The position numbers and the translations under genes are program-made. DNA of 64,000 nucleotides from Candidatus Omnitrophota bacterium (GTDB taxonomy: Bacteria > Omnitrophota > Gorgyraeia > B26-G9), in contig JACQZH010000041.1 in assembly GCA_016213925.1 (NCBI GenBank), positions 73,352-137,351 on the forward strand, written 5' to 3'. Below, one piece after another: positions 19,269 to 28,829 of this stretch (positions are counted from its first letter, which is position 1; the number at the start of each line of letters is the position of its first letter). The notes beneath the pieces are model-generated. The model did not search any database. It was given only the letters and a program-made list of their open reading frames with translations, and had not been told where the DNA came from.

Positions 19269-20687
19269 ATGCAAGCTTTAACCCATAAGAGCAAAGATGC
19301 TAATAAGATAGTGTTTATGATTATTCTCGGCTGCGCGGTTTTCATAAGGATTATCGCGTTTTTGAACTCGGACAATTACCATGGGATAGCGGCGGGTAAG
19401 GTTGTCGAGGCTATGCGGCTTGTAAAGCATCCTGATGTTCTGGGTGCATGGATAGATACGGCACATGGCCCGATACATATGTATTTAATTGCTTTGGCAA
19501 TAAAATTATTCGGCAATCATGTTTTAGTTTCCCAGCTGATGAGCTTTTTTATGGGAATAGCATTTTTTATTCCGTATTTTAGCTTCTTAAAATTATGGAT
19601 AGGAAAAGAGAAAGCGCTTATCAGCAGTTTTATTGTTGCTTTTTTTTCACCGCATATTTTATATAGTATTTTATCTACGGCAGAAAGTTCGTTTTTGTTT
19701 TTTTTATTTTGCGGGATATTTTTTTACCATAAATATCACATATATTTTAAAAACAAAGAATTAATATGGTCGGCACTGTTCATGGGCTTTGCGACAATGT
19801 GCCGTTTTGAAGGAGGGATATTTATTGTGCTGCTTGCAATCCCCTTGTTAAAAAAGATTAGGAGTTTTGTTTTGTTTTTATCTGTTGCTTCAATTTTGCC
19901 AGTATTTTGGATGTATGGTAATTATATGGTTAGCGGAAATTTTATGCAATTTCTTTTCGGCAGCAACACAGTTGTTAAGATAGAGTTTCAAATAATAATA
20001 AAAATGCTTGGGGTAAAGTATACTTTTTGGGACAAGTTAATTTATTGGCCGATGCAGTTAAGAAATTTTTTTGGCTGGCCGTTATTTATATTCGGGATAA
20101 TTGGAATTTTGAAATATGGATTCCAAAGGAACTTTAGATATATCACCTTTTTATTTTTGTCGGCACTTTCGTTTTTTGTTTATAAAACTTCTTGCGAAGA
20201 ATTGGCAATGCAGGAGCGGTATGGAATGAGTTTAGGGTTGTTGTTTCTTCCCTATTCGGTGTTGTTTTTTTGTTATTTAAAAGAAAAATTGAATAAAAGA
20301 TTAAAAGAATTACTTGTTCTAATACTGCTTATGTTTTCTATGGTAAGAGGATCTTATTTAACTTTGGTTTGCTTGCCGCATACTCCTTATTGGGCTAAAC
20401 AGGCGGCACTGTTTTTAAAAGAAAATGTAAAAATAGGTGAACTTGTATATATCGAAAGCGTTGACGATAATGATAAAGATCCGTTGAAGCTTTTAAGCGG
20501 CTTGGATTTGGATTGCTTTATTGATTATGTGCCTTGGTTTCAAAAAACAACTGTAATGTCTCCTGAAGATATAGGCAATCTAAGATTTTTCGTTTATGTT
20601 TCTAAAAACGAGCTTAAAAACTTAAATGAGGTTTACAGAATTAGAGATTGTAAAATATATAAAATAACAAGGAATAATGCCAGATGA
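19269..20687 (+). CDS. GT-C membrane glycosyltransferase (PMT_2-like), paralog 1
   Basis: Polytopic; HGIAAGK, HGPIH, STAESS, CRFEG. Confidence 0.85.
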   Translation: MQALTHKSKDANKIVFMIILGCAVFIRIIAFLNSDNYHGIAAGKVVEAMRLVKHPDVLGAWIDTAHGPIHMYLIALAIKLFGNHVLVSQLMSFFMGIAFFIPYFSFLKLWIGKEKALISSFIVAFFSPHILYSILSTAESSFLFFLFCGIFFYHKYHIYFKNKELIWSALFMGFATMCRFEGGIFIVLLAIPLLKKIRSFVLFLSVASILPVFWMYGNYMVSGNFMQFLFGSNTVVKIEFQIIIKMLGVKYTFWDKLIYWPMQLRNFFGWPLFIFGIIGILKYGFQRNFRYITFLFLSALSFFVYKTSCEELAMQERYGMSLGLLFLPYSVLFFCYLKEKLNKRLKELLVLILLMFSMVRGSYLTLVCLPHTPYWAKQAALFLKENVKIGELVYIESVDDNDKDPLKLLSGLDLDCFIDYVPWFQKTTVMSPEDIGNLRFFVYVSKNELKNLNEVYRIRDCKIYKITRNNAR

Positions 20688-22192
20688 AGCCTGATAGTTT
20701 TCGCGTGTTTAAGAAATATAAGGAAAAATTTTTAATTTTTTTAATTATCTGTTTTGCTTTGGGAATAAGGTTTTATTTACTTATTAATACAGTTGATTTT
20801 CATGGAATTTCGGCAGGGAAAATAATGGCAGCGGAATTGATACTTAGGAACAAGCTTCAGAATGGAGCATGGTTTTTTCCGGTTCATCCGCCGGCACATT
20901 TATTGATGCTGATTGTAGGCCTGAAAATTTTTAATAATCCGGCTGTTACTCCAAGATTGATTAGTTTATTCTTTGGAACTATAACTTTGTTGCCGTTACT
21001 TTATTATACTAAAGAATTTTTTGGCAGAGCGGTCGCGTTGCTTACTTTGGCAGCAGCTGCTTTGTATTCTGAACATATTATATATAGCGTTATCGCTACA
21101 AGTGAGGCATCGTATCTTTTTTTTGTTTTTCTTGGACTCTTGATTTTTTCTCATTTTGGGAAGCAAAATAGCCATAAGTTAATTTGTTTTAGCGCAGTAT
21201 TGTTTAGCCTTGCCAGTTTGTGCCGCTATGAAGGGATGATCTTTATCCCAATATTAGCATTCGTTCTGTTATTAAAGCGGAAAATGGCTCAAGTATTTTT
21301 ATTTTTAGGGATATCTCTGGTGTTTCCTTTTGTCTGGATGATGATTAATTTTAGTTTTGGAGGGAATCCGTTACTGTTTTTGACTACTAATAATATTACA
21401 GTGCCGCTTCAATTTGAATGGATCAGGTCGCAGGGATTAATAATAGATAGTGTTTTTAAAATCTTATTTTGGCCAAAAGTTTTAATTGATTCGCTTGGTT
21501 GTCCTGTTTTTAGTTTTGGAATTATCGGGGTGCTTTGGTGCATAGTTAAAAAGGAAAAAATATTTCCAGCAATAATTTTTGTGTTTTTATTTTTGCTTTT
21601 TATAATTGGGACATTTAGAGAACAGCTTTATTTGCAATCCCGTTACTCGATTATACTGGGGCTTATGTTGATACCTTTTAGCATATTCGCTTTTTTAAAA
21701 TTAATTCAAAGAATATTTCAAAAAATACCTAAATGGATTGGGTTATGCCTGGTATGGTCGATGATTCCGCCAATTGGAACGCAGGTTTTAAACGCGCCTT
21801 TGTATGCTCCGTATTTTGCTAGGCAAACCGCAAAGTATTTGCAAAAAAACGTAAATCCTGAAGATAATATTATAATGGATCACTGCGGAGATGAAAAATA
21901 TAGGGAGCCAATTAAAGTTTTGAGCGCATTTAATCCAGCCCAGTTTATTTTAAGGCCTTATCTGGTGGTGAAAGATAATCGGTGGGTCGCGGACAAAGGC
22001 AAATTTTTTGAGGTTTTGGAAGTGGAAAAGATATCTGTTTTGGTTTACTCTCCAATGGGGGATTTAGGCCCGGTGCTCGAGCTTGAAAAAAAAGGTTCTC
22101 TGGTAGAAATTTCCGGGTTTTGTTTTAAGCTGCTTGATAAAGAAATGCCGTATATGATTTATCGTGTTGAGAAGAAGAGGTTTGTTATTTAA
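20684..22192 (+). CDS. GT-C membrane glycosyltransferase (PMT_2-like), paralog 2
   Basis: HGISAGK, HPPAH, ATSEAS, CRYEG; colinear with the upstream gene. Confidence 0.85.
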   Translation: MKPDSFRVFKKYKEKFLIFLIICFALGIRFYLLINTVDFHGISAGKIMAAELILRNKLQNGAWFFPVHPPAHLLMLIVGLKIFNNPAVTPRLISLFFGTITLLPLLYYTKEFFGRAVALLTLAAAALYSEHIIYSVIATSEASYLFFVFLGLLIFSHFGKQNSHKLICFSAVLFSLASLCRYEGMIFIPILAFVLLLKRKMAQVFLFLGISLVFPFVWMMINFSFGGNPLLFLTTNNITVPLQFEWIRSQGLIIDSVFKILFWPKVLIDSLGCPVFSFGIIGVLWCIVKKEKIFPAIIFVFLFLLFIIGTFREQLYLQSRYSIILGLMLIPFSIFAFLKLIQRIFQKIPKWIGLCLVWSMIPPIGTQVLNAPLYAPYFARQTAKYLQKNVNPEDNIIMDHCGDEKYREPIKVLSAFNPAQFILRPYLVVKDNRWVADKGKFFEVLEVEKISVLVYSPMGDLGPVLELEKKGSLVEISGFCFKLLDKEMPYMIYRVEKKRFVI

Positions 22193-22216
22193 AAGGATTA
22201 AGTCTGGTGGCTGAAA

Positions 22217-23701
22217 ATGGCTAAAAAAACTATTTTTTTCAGAAAAATTCAATTTAAAAATAATTGGGATCTTTTGAGCGTGCTTTTTTTTGCCGCTTTT
22301 TTTATAAGGCTGGCTTTTTTGGCTGCGTGTGATAATTTACAAGGTGCTGGCCCGATGCTAAATATTATTACGGCACTGCATGTTTTTAAATCGCCTTCTT
22401 TATTGGAAAATATTTATTATGGACTGTTACCGTTATACCTATATTCATTAGCGCTTGCTGTTAATCTTGGGACGGAACAGATTTTATCCGCGCAATTTTT
22501 AAGCTTATTTTTCGGCAGTTTTTCCGCGGTGCCGTTTTATTTGCTTATCCGCCGCTTTAGCGATAAAAAAATTGCGTTTTATGCCGCAATGTTTTTTTGC
22601 TGTTACCCCGCGCATATAAATGCGAGTATTTTGAGTATGCCGGAGGCAGTTACACTATGCCTTCTCTTATGGGCAACATATTATATTCTTAATTATAGTG
22701 CGAGTTTAGCTGCGCTGTTTTTAGCTTTGGCGTGTGGTTTTTCGTATCTTGCTTGGCTATTTATCCCGATTTTTATAACTATTTATTTATCCTGCAGCCA
22801 GAAGGCCGAGTATAAATGGCCCTCGGGAAGGATTCGCACTACAGGCGAAAGGAATTTAATGGCCCGAAGGACTTCATTTGAAAGGCATCATACAATTGCT
22901 TTAAGGATCGAAGAAGCGATACTGATATTTTTTATTTGCACGATTTTCCCGCTGATATGGGTTAAGTTAGTTGCGGCTAAATACAATGGCTGCGGGATTT
23001 TTTACAAAAACTTTTATGAAGCTAGATCATTCCTGGAATTTATTTTTGCTTTTACAGATACTGTGCGAATGTTAATGTCTAAGTTGTTTAATGCGCCTTT
23101 GCCGTTATTTTTTGTATTTGGACTTGCTGGGCTTTATCAGAGCGCACGCTTAAAAAAATTTTATCCCTTTATCTTTATTGTCGGAATGCTTGTTCTTTTA
23201 TCCAGTATTAATATTTTTAGGGAAGATATTTTTTTACTGGATGGAATCATTTTAATTGCGGGCGTGTTTTATATACCTTTTATAATTGAAGGTATAATGT
23301 TCATCATGAAGACATTATTTTTGAAAATTAATTTTTTTAGTAAAACATTGATTTTGTTAAGCGTGTTATTATTGTTAGGCATTGGGATGTACGATAGGCC
23401 TTATTTGCCGAAAAGAGTGAAGGTTCTTAGTTCGTGGATCAAGGATAACATTGGAACGCAGGATATTATTTTTATAAATAAGGACAGCAATGGATATTAT
23501 ACTTCGGTGATTATGCTTAGTGGTTTACCTCAAGGGAATTTTTTTGCACGAGAGAAGGAGCAAAGTTTAGAAATAAAGAGACTTGATTCTACTCGTAGTT
23601 ATTTTGTTATTTTAGATAGGCGGGAAAAAGAAATAAATTTTACTGAAAGTTGGGAAAAGGTTTATTCTCAAGATGCATATGCAATTTATAGGATATTATA
23701 A
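22217..23701 (+). CDS. Divergent GT-C membrane protein, paralog 3, with an in-frame insertion
   Basis: Colinear with the two upstream paralogs, but H-x-P and R-x-E are replaced; extra ~28-aa hydrophilic segment. Confidence 0.8.
   Translation: MAKKTIFFRKIQFKNNWDLLSVLFFAAFFIRLAFLAACDNLQGAGPMLNIITALHVFKSPSLLENIYYGLLPLYLYSLALAVNLGTEQILSAQFLSLFFGSFSAVPFYLLIRRFSDKKIAFYAAMFFCCYPAHINASILSMPEAVTLCLLLWATYYILNYSASLAALFLALACGFSYLAWLFIPIFITIYLSCSQKAEYKWPSGRIRTTGERNLMARRTSFERHHTIALRIEEAILIFFICTIFPLIWVKLVAAKYNGCGIFYKNFYEARSFLEFIFAFTDTVRMLMSKLFNAPLPLFFVFGLAGLYQSARLKKFYPFIFIVGMLVLLSSINIFREDIFLLDGIILIAGVFYIPFIIEGIMFIMKTLFLKINFFSKTLILLSVLLLLGIGMYDRPYLPKRVKVLSSWIKDNIGTQDIIFINKDSNGYYTSVIMLSGLPQGNFFAREKEQSLEIKRLDSTRSYFVILDRREKEINFTESWEKVYSQDAYAIYRIL
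22790..22873. repeat. GC-rich multi-hairpin (REP/MITE-like) element inserted in frame in the GT-C gene
   Basis: Imperfect termini tcctgcagcca/tggcccgaagga; internal hairpins gaaggcc..ggccctc and ttcgc..gcgaa; absent from both paralogs. Confidence 0.55.
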
Positions 23702-23704
23702 ATT

Positions 23705-24796
23705 ATGAAAGTAATATTTATCAGCCGGGAGAATATTGATATGCCTGCTGTGCGGGTACGCTGTTTTGGTTTTGCGCGTTTTCTGGAAAAAGCAGGAATA
23801 GATACACAGGTATTTTCTTTTGCTCAAAGCGTGGGAGCGAAAAGCGGTAAAGAAGAAGCAAAAATGAATTTTTTTGAAAAGCTCAAATATAATTTTGAGG
23901 CATACTTACGGTTAGCCCCGGAAGATGCAGTCCTTATTCTGCAGCGTTGCAATTATCATTCTCTTGCGCCTTTGCTCTTGAAATTTTTTAAGAAAAAAAA
24001 GCTTGTGCTTGATCTTGATGATTGGGAGGCGCGGGAAAATACGCAGTATTACTTTAATAAATTGCCTAATTCAAAAGCTGAAATTGCAATGCAATTAATT
24101 GCTAAATCAAGTATTTTTTGCATAGGCGCAAGTAAATTTCTGGTTGATTATTTGGCCAATTATAACCGCAAAGTTGTGTATATCTCGACAGCTGTTGATA
24201 CTGATTTTTTTAAACCGGGTAATAACATAGGTAAGCACAACGGCATTACGGTATCATGGCTGGGAACGATATACCGCAAAGATAATATAGAGAATATAAA
24301 TTTTTTAATGGAATGTTTTGAGGAAATCTCGGATTCTTCTAATGATGTTAGCCTTGAGATCGCAGGGGATGGATTATACGTGCAGGATGTGTTAGATTTG
24401 GTAACGAGGAAAAAAAAACGGAATATCCGCTTTAAAAGCTGGATCACTCCGGATGAGGTGCCGGCATATCTTGATGGTATTGACATTGGGGTAATGCCTT
24501 TGATTCAGGATACTAAGTTCAATAAGGCCAAAAGCCCGACACGTTTGTTTGAATATATGGCAATGGGAAAACCGGTTCTTGCCAGCCGCATCGGAGAAGC
24601 GTCTTTAATAATCAATGATTCAGAGAACGGTTTTTTAGCGGGCAGTAAAAAAGAGTTTAAGGACAAGCTGAAAATTTTGATAAAAGAAAAGAAACTTAGA
24701 CATGATTTGGGCGTGTGCGGCCGTAATACTGTATTAGAAAACTATTCGTTAGAAAAAAATGCTAATAAGCTTGTTGAGGCGCTTAAGATGTTATGA
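23705..24796 (+). CDS. Glycosyltransferase family 4
   Basis: DLDDWE and KSPTRLFEYMAMGKPVLAS; paralog of 11141. Confidence 0.93.
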   Translation: MKVIFISRENIDMPAVRVRCFGFARFLEKAGIDTQVFSFAQSVGAKSGKEEAKMNFFEKLKYNFEAYLRLAPEDAVLILQRCNYHSLAPLLLKFFKKKKLVLDLDDWEARENTQYYFNKLPNSKAEIAMQLIAKSSIFCIGASKFLVDYLANYNRKVVYISTAVDTDFFKPGNNIGKHNGITVSWLGTIYRKDNIENINFLMECFEEISDSSNDVSLEIAGDGLYVQDVLDLVTRKKKRNIRFKSWITPDEVPAYLDGIDIGVMPLIQDTKFNKAKSPTRLFEYMAMGKPVLASRIGEASLIINDSENGFLAGSKKEFKDKLKILIKEKKLRHDLGVCGRNTVLENYSLEKNANKLVEALKML

Positions 24797-26259
24797 AAAT
24801 TGTTATAGCTAATTCTATCGGAATCGATAAAAACCGTAATTACATAATCCATTCACCAAGCCGCTGGTCGGAAGGGGTAAGGAATAAGTATCACTGGTTT
24901 GCCTATTATCCTTGGGAATTAGCATATTTGTCCAGCCTGCTTAAAGAACGCATAAAAGCAGATATATGCTTTTTGGATGGGTGTTTAATGCGGCTTGATA
25001 AACAAGCTTATTATAATCTTATATTAAAAGAAAAACCGGAAATTCTAATAATGGAAAGTTCTACAAGGATGATCGATGAGAATACCGAACTCGCTTTGGA
25101 CATAAAAAAAATAATTGGAACAAAGCTGATTTTTGTTGGCCAGCATGCGAGCGCTTTTCCTGATGAGATGCTTGAAAAAGGGATTGACCATCTATGTATC
25201 GGAGAGTATGAATATACGGTTTTAGAACTGATCCAGGGAAAAGCGCTCAAGGATATCTCCGGGTTGTTTCCTAATGCGCGCCGTCCGCTGTTAGATATTA
25301 ATAGCCTGCCTTGGCCGGAAGATACAGATGTGAGCAGGTTTGCTTACGCGATGCCGGGAGAGCCGAGTTCCGAATATCATGAAATCCAGATGTATACGTC
25401 AAGGGGGTGCCCGGGTGGGTGTAATTTTTGTGTTGCCAGGCATATTTATTATGCCCAGCCTAATTGGAGAGCCAGAAATATAAAAAATGTGATCAATGAG
25501 ATTATTTATTTAAAAGATAAATATCCGCGAATGCAGGGAGTATTTTTTGATGAAGAAGCGCATAACGTAAAAAAAGAATTTATTATGGAATTGACGCAGG
25601 CGATAATTGATTCCGGGCTGGATAAGTTAAAGTTTGAAGCTATGTGCGACCTGCGTTTTCTTTCGGAAGAAATGCTTGAAGCAATGAAAAAGGCTGGATA
25701 TTATAAGATCAGAGTTGGTATTGAAACGGCAAGTGAAAAAGTAATGGATGCTGTTGGCAAACGGATAGATATTGAGCTAATGAAGAAAAAACTTCGTTTT
25801 GCTAAAAAGATCGGAATTAAGACTTATGGTACTTTTACATTTGGAGCGGCTGGGTCAGACGAAAAAGAAGACCAGAAAACAATAGATTTGATGCGGAATC
25901 TGCTTAAGGAAAATATTCTGGATAATCTGCAGCTTTCGATTTGTACTCCGCAGCCTGGAACTCCGTTTTACAATTATGTAAAAGAAAATAATTTTTTGCG
26001 CAACGGATTATGTTATAAAGACTTTGACGGCGGAAATATTGCTGCCGTCAGTTATCACGATTATGATTATAAAAAAATAGAATCAATGAAACAAAAGGCA
26101 TTGGTAATACGGGATCACATCTTTTTGGAGTCAAAAATTAAAAATCAGAACTTTATGCGTTGGTGTGTTAGCGTGTTTCGCAAACATGGAATTTTAGGAT
26201 TTATAGCAAAAGCATTTAACAGATTTATTGGAGAACTTAAGTTTCAGTTCAAACGCTGA
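24793..26259 (+). CDS. Cobalamin-dependent radical SAM protein (HpnJ-like N-terminus)
   Basis: SPSRWS..YPWELAY, GEYE, SRGCPGGCNFC, GIETAS, TPQPGTPF. Confidence 0.92.
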   Translation: MKIVIANSIGIDKNRNYIIHSPSRWSEGVRNKYHWFAYYPWELAYLSSLLKERIKADICFLDGCLMRLDKQAYYNLILKEKPEILIMESSTRMIDENTELALDIKKIIGTKLIFVGQHASAFPDEMLEKGIDHLCIGEYEYTVLELIQGKALKDISGLFPNARRPLLDINSLPWPEDTDVSRFAYAMPGEPSSEYHEIQMYTSRGCPGGCNFCVARHIYYAQPNWRARNIKNVINEIIYLKDKYPRMQGVFFDEEAHNVKKEFIMELTQAIIDSGLDKLKFEAMCDLRFLSEEMLEAMKKAGYYKIRVGIETASEKVMDAVGKRIDIELMKKKLRFAKKIGIKTYGTFTFGAAGSDEKEDQKTIDLMRNLLKENILDNLQLSICTPQPGTPFYNYVKENNFLRNGLCYKDFDGGNIAAVSYHDYDYKKIESMKQKALVIRDHIFLESKIKNQNFMRWCVSVFRKHGILGFIAKAFNRFIGELKFQFKR

Positions 26260-27155
26260 TGGAAGTAAGTATAATAATTGTAACTTGGAATGCTGAAAAG
26301 TTTATTAATAAATGCCTTGATTCGGTTTTTAGTCAGGATTTTAGTTGTTTTGAAGTAATCGTTGTTGATAACAGTTCTACAGATAAGACAATAGGAATTT
26401 TACAGTCGTATGAGCCGCGGATAAAACTGATGCGAAATGATGAAAACAAAGGGTTTTGTTTTGCGAATAACCAGGCTATCGGGAAAGCAAAGGGCAAGTA
26501 TATATTTACTTTAAATAGCGATATTATTTTGGAAAAAAATTATTTATCTGTTTTGGTGCAGTGTTTATCCGAACATCACGAAATAGGGATGGCCCAGGGT
26601 AAATTCTTACGGATGAACGGTAGAATAATAGACGGAACCGGGTTGAAGCTTGGTTTGGCTTTCAGATTTCTGAATTTCAATGAAGGCAAAACTGATAGCA
26701 TGCGGGAATTTTCTCCAAAAATGATATTCGGGCCGTGCGCTGCGGCGGCTGTGTATAAAAGAAAATTGTTTGAAGATATAAAATATGAGAACGAATATTT
26801 TGATAATAGTTTTTTCTTTCTTGTTGATGATTTTGATGTTGCCTGGAGAGCGCACAAGAAAGGGTGGAAAGCAATGTATGTTCCGCAGGCAATATGTTAT
26901 CATTACCGCGCTAGTTCCGCTCATAAAAGCAGTTTTAAACAGTTTTTGACTTTTCGAAACAGATATTTTTTATTACTGAAAAACGCGACATGGAAAGATT
27001 TTTTAAAACTAATGTTTTTTTTTCCGATTTATGATTTACCGCGGTTGATTTTTATGCTGATCTTCAATCCGTATGCAATAAAGGCAATAGCGCAGATAAT
27101 TAAAAACATACCGCTGCTTATGAAAAAAAGAAGGTATTTAGAAAGAAAAATATGA
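26259..27155 (+). CDS. Glycosyltransferase family 2
   Basis: VTWN, VDNSSTD, GFCFANN, LNSD, DDFDVAWR. Confidence 0.94.
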   Translation: MEVSIIIVTWNAEKFINKCLDSVFSQDFSCFEVIVVDNSSTDKTIGILQSYEPRIKLMRNDENKGFCFANNQAIGKAKGKYIFTLNSDIILEKNYLSVLVQCLSEHHEIGMAQGKFLRMNGRIIDGTGLKLGLAFRFLNFNEGKTDSMREFSPKMIFGPCAAAAVYKRKLFEDIKYENEYFDNSFFFLVDDFDVAWRAHKKGWKAMYVPQAICYHYRASSAHKSSFKQFLTFRNRYFLLLKNATWKDFLKLMFFFPIYDLPRLIFMLIFNPYAIKAIAQIIKNIPLLMKKRRYLERKI

Positions 27156-28264
27156 AAAAAGTTTCAAGGAGAGACTTTTTAAAAAGCGGAATTTGTTTTG
27201 GCGCTTCTTTGGTTTGCGCTGACCTTATGGCAGGCAGTGTATTTGCCGAAAAGCCTATGATCGGGCCGAGTCTTATCGGAATCGGAAGAGGCATGGATAT
27301 AAATAAGATCACAAAGGATGCAATAAGCCTTATCGGCGGAATGGAAAAAGTTGTAAAGCCAGGGCAAAAGGTTTTCATTAAACCAAACTATATAGCCGGA
27401 GGTTTTATGGGGCATGACCCTGTAACCAGCGGAGAGATCCCTCATCCTGAAGTAATTCAGGCAGTTGTAAATGAATGTTTAAAGGCCGGAGCAAAAGAAG
27501 TAGTTATTGGAGAATGGTTCGAACGGCCGCTTGATATTTTGTGGCAGGGAAAAGAAGGCAAAGAAGGAGCGCAGATAAAAGAGCGTGTAGATTTACTCAA
27601 TAAAAAATTTGGGCAAAGGGTGTTTTTAGTTAATCTTCGTAATCATACAAAACATTTCAAATATATTCCTTCGCTTACTAAACTTGGTAAACTTGCTATC
27701 CCAAATCTTGTTGCTGAAGCTGATGCGGTGATTTCTATTGCTGTTTTAAAAACACATCACCGGCCGATTTCCGTAACCTTGGGGATGAAAAATTTTATCG
27801 GAATAATGCCGTCTGTTTTGTATGGAGAGCCGAGAATGAAGCTGCATGAAGCAGGGATTAATCAGGTAATCATAGATATTAATAAGGCAATAAGGCCTAA
27901 ATTGACTGTTATTAGCGGTGTTTACGGCATGGAAGGTGAGGGTGTAGTAACTTCTTTTGGCGGAATTTCTGTTGATGTAAGTAAAAAAATAGGCAGTTAT
28001 CTGGTGATTGCTGGCATGGATTCTTTGGCTACTGATGCGACTGCTGCGCGTATTATTACTGATAATTGGCAGCCGCAGCCGTTTAATAATAACCTGGGCG
28101 TGCCTTGGTATATCGAACATCTTCGCTGCGGTTTTCAGCAGGGGCTTGGACAGATAGAAAAATCAAAGATTATTGTTAAGGGTTGTAATTTAACTGATAT
28201 CTCAATGTCATGGGAAATGCCTAAGCAAAAAGTATATCCGGAGCTGCCGAATCATGTTAAGTAA
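27152..28264 (+). CDS. Tat-exported DUF362-family protein (putative Fe-S binding)
   Basis: SRRDFLK twin-arginine signal; VKPGQKVFIKPN, LKTH, TLGMKNFIG, GMEGEG, ATDAT. Confidence 0.88.
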   Translation: MKKVSRRDFLKSGICFGASLVCADLMAGSVFAEKPMIGPSLIGIGRGMDINKITKDAISLIGGMEKVVKPGQKVFIKPNYIAGGFMGHDPVTSGEIPHPEVIQAVVNECLKAGAKEVVIGEWFERPLDILWQGKEGKEGAQIKERVDLLNKKFGQRVFLVNLRNHTKHFKYIPSLTKLGKLAIPNLVAEADAVISIAVLKTHHRPISVTLGMKNFIGIMPSVLYGEPRMKLHEAGINQVIIDINKAIRPKLTVISGVYGMEGEGVVTSFGGISVDVSKKIGSYLVIAGMDSLATDATAARIITDNWQPQPFNNNLGVPWYIEHLRCGFQQGLGQIEKSKIIVKGCNLTDISMSWEMPKQKVYPELPNHVK

Positions 28265-28814
28265 GTTAAAGTATATTAGTTTAGTTTTTATTGCTGGATT
28301 GGTCTTTAATAATTGTATTGTTTATGCCCAAGAGACAAATTTTAGATTCCCGGCCAATGTTGCTACGGGGAGCTGGCAGGTGTCTGAAATAGAAGGGAAA
28401 GAAGTTATTACTACAGCGGAATCAGATGCTTTTGAACAAATTAATATAATGGTACCGAAGGAGGGGAATTATCAGCTGTATGTAAGTTTATATCATCGCT
28501 GGATAGAGTTCGCTCCTTTTTTATATGCAAGAATAGTAGACAGCAAGGGAAAGGTTCATCATAGCTATGTATTTTCAGAGCCGCGCTGGTATTTAGAAAA
28601 AGGCCAGGGCCGCTGGGAATACCGCTGTTTTAGCGCTGAACCGTATTGGCATTTGCCAAAAGGCAGGTTAAAAATTAAATTTTGGGTAAAAGCAAAAAGA
28701 TCGAGCTGGAAACAAGATGATGTGCCTATGCCGGCGGATATTTCAATAGGTGATTTTGTGCTTGTGCCGGTTAATGAACAAACTAATGAACAGTTGAATT
28801 TGACATTACCGTAA
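28254..28814 (+). CDS. Secreted hypothetical protein (beta-sandwich-like)
   Basis: Signal peptide ending VYA-QE; aromatic-rich; start overlaps the upstream gene. Confidence 0.7.
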   Translation: MLSKLKYISLVFIAGLVFNNCIVYAQETNFRFPANVATGSWQVSEIEGKEVITTAESDAFEQINIMVPKEGNYQLYVSLYHRWIEFAPFLYARIVDSKGKVHHSYVFSEPRWYLEKGQGRWEYRCFSAEPYWHLPKGRLKIKFWVKAKRSSWKQDDVPMPADISIGDFVLVPVNEQTNEQLNLTLP

Positions 28815-28829
28815 AATTCTAAGGATGAA

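Noticed and set aside
22790-22873. AGCCAGAAG and GGGAAGG words reminiscent of a cobalamin riboswitch
   Set aside because: The motifs are in the wrong order, the segment is too short, and it lies inside a CDS.
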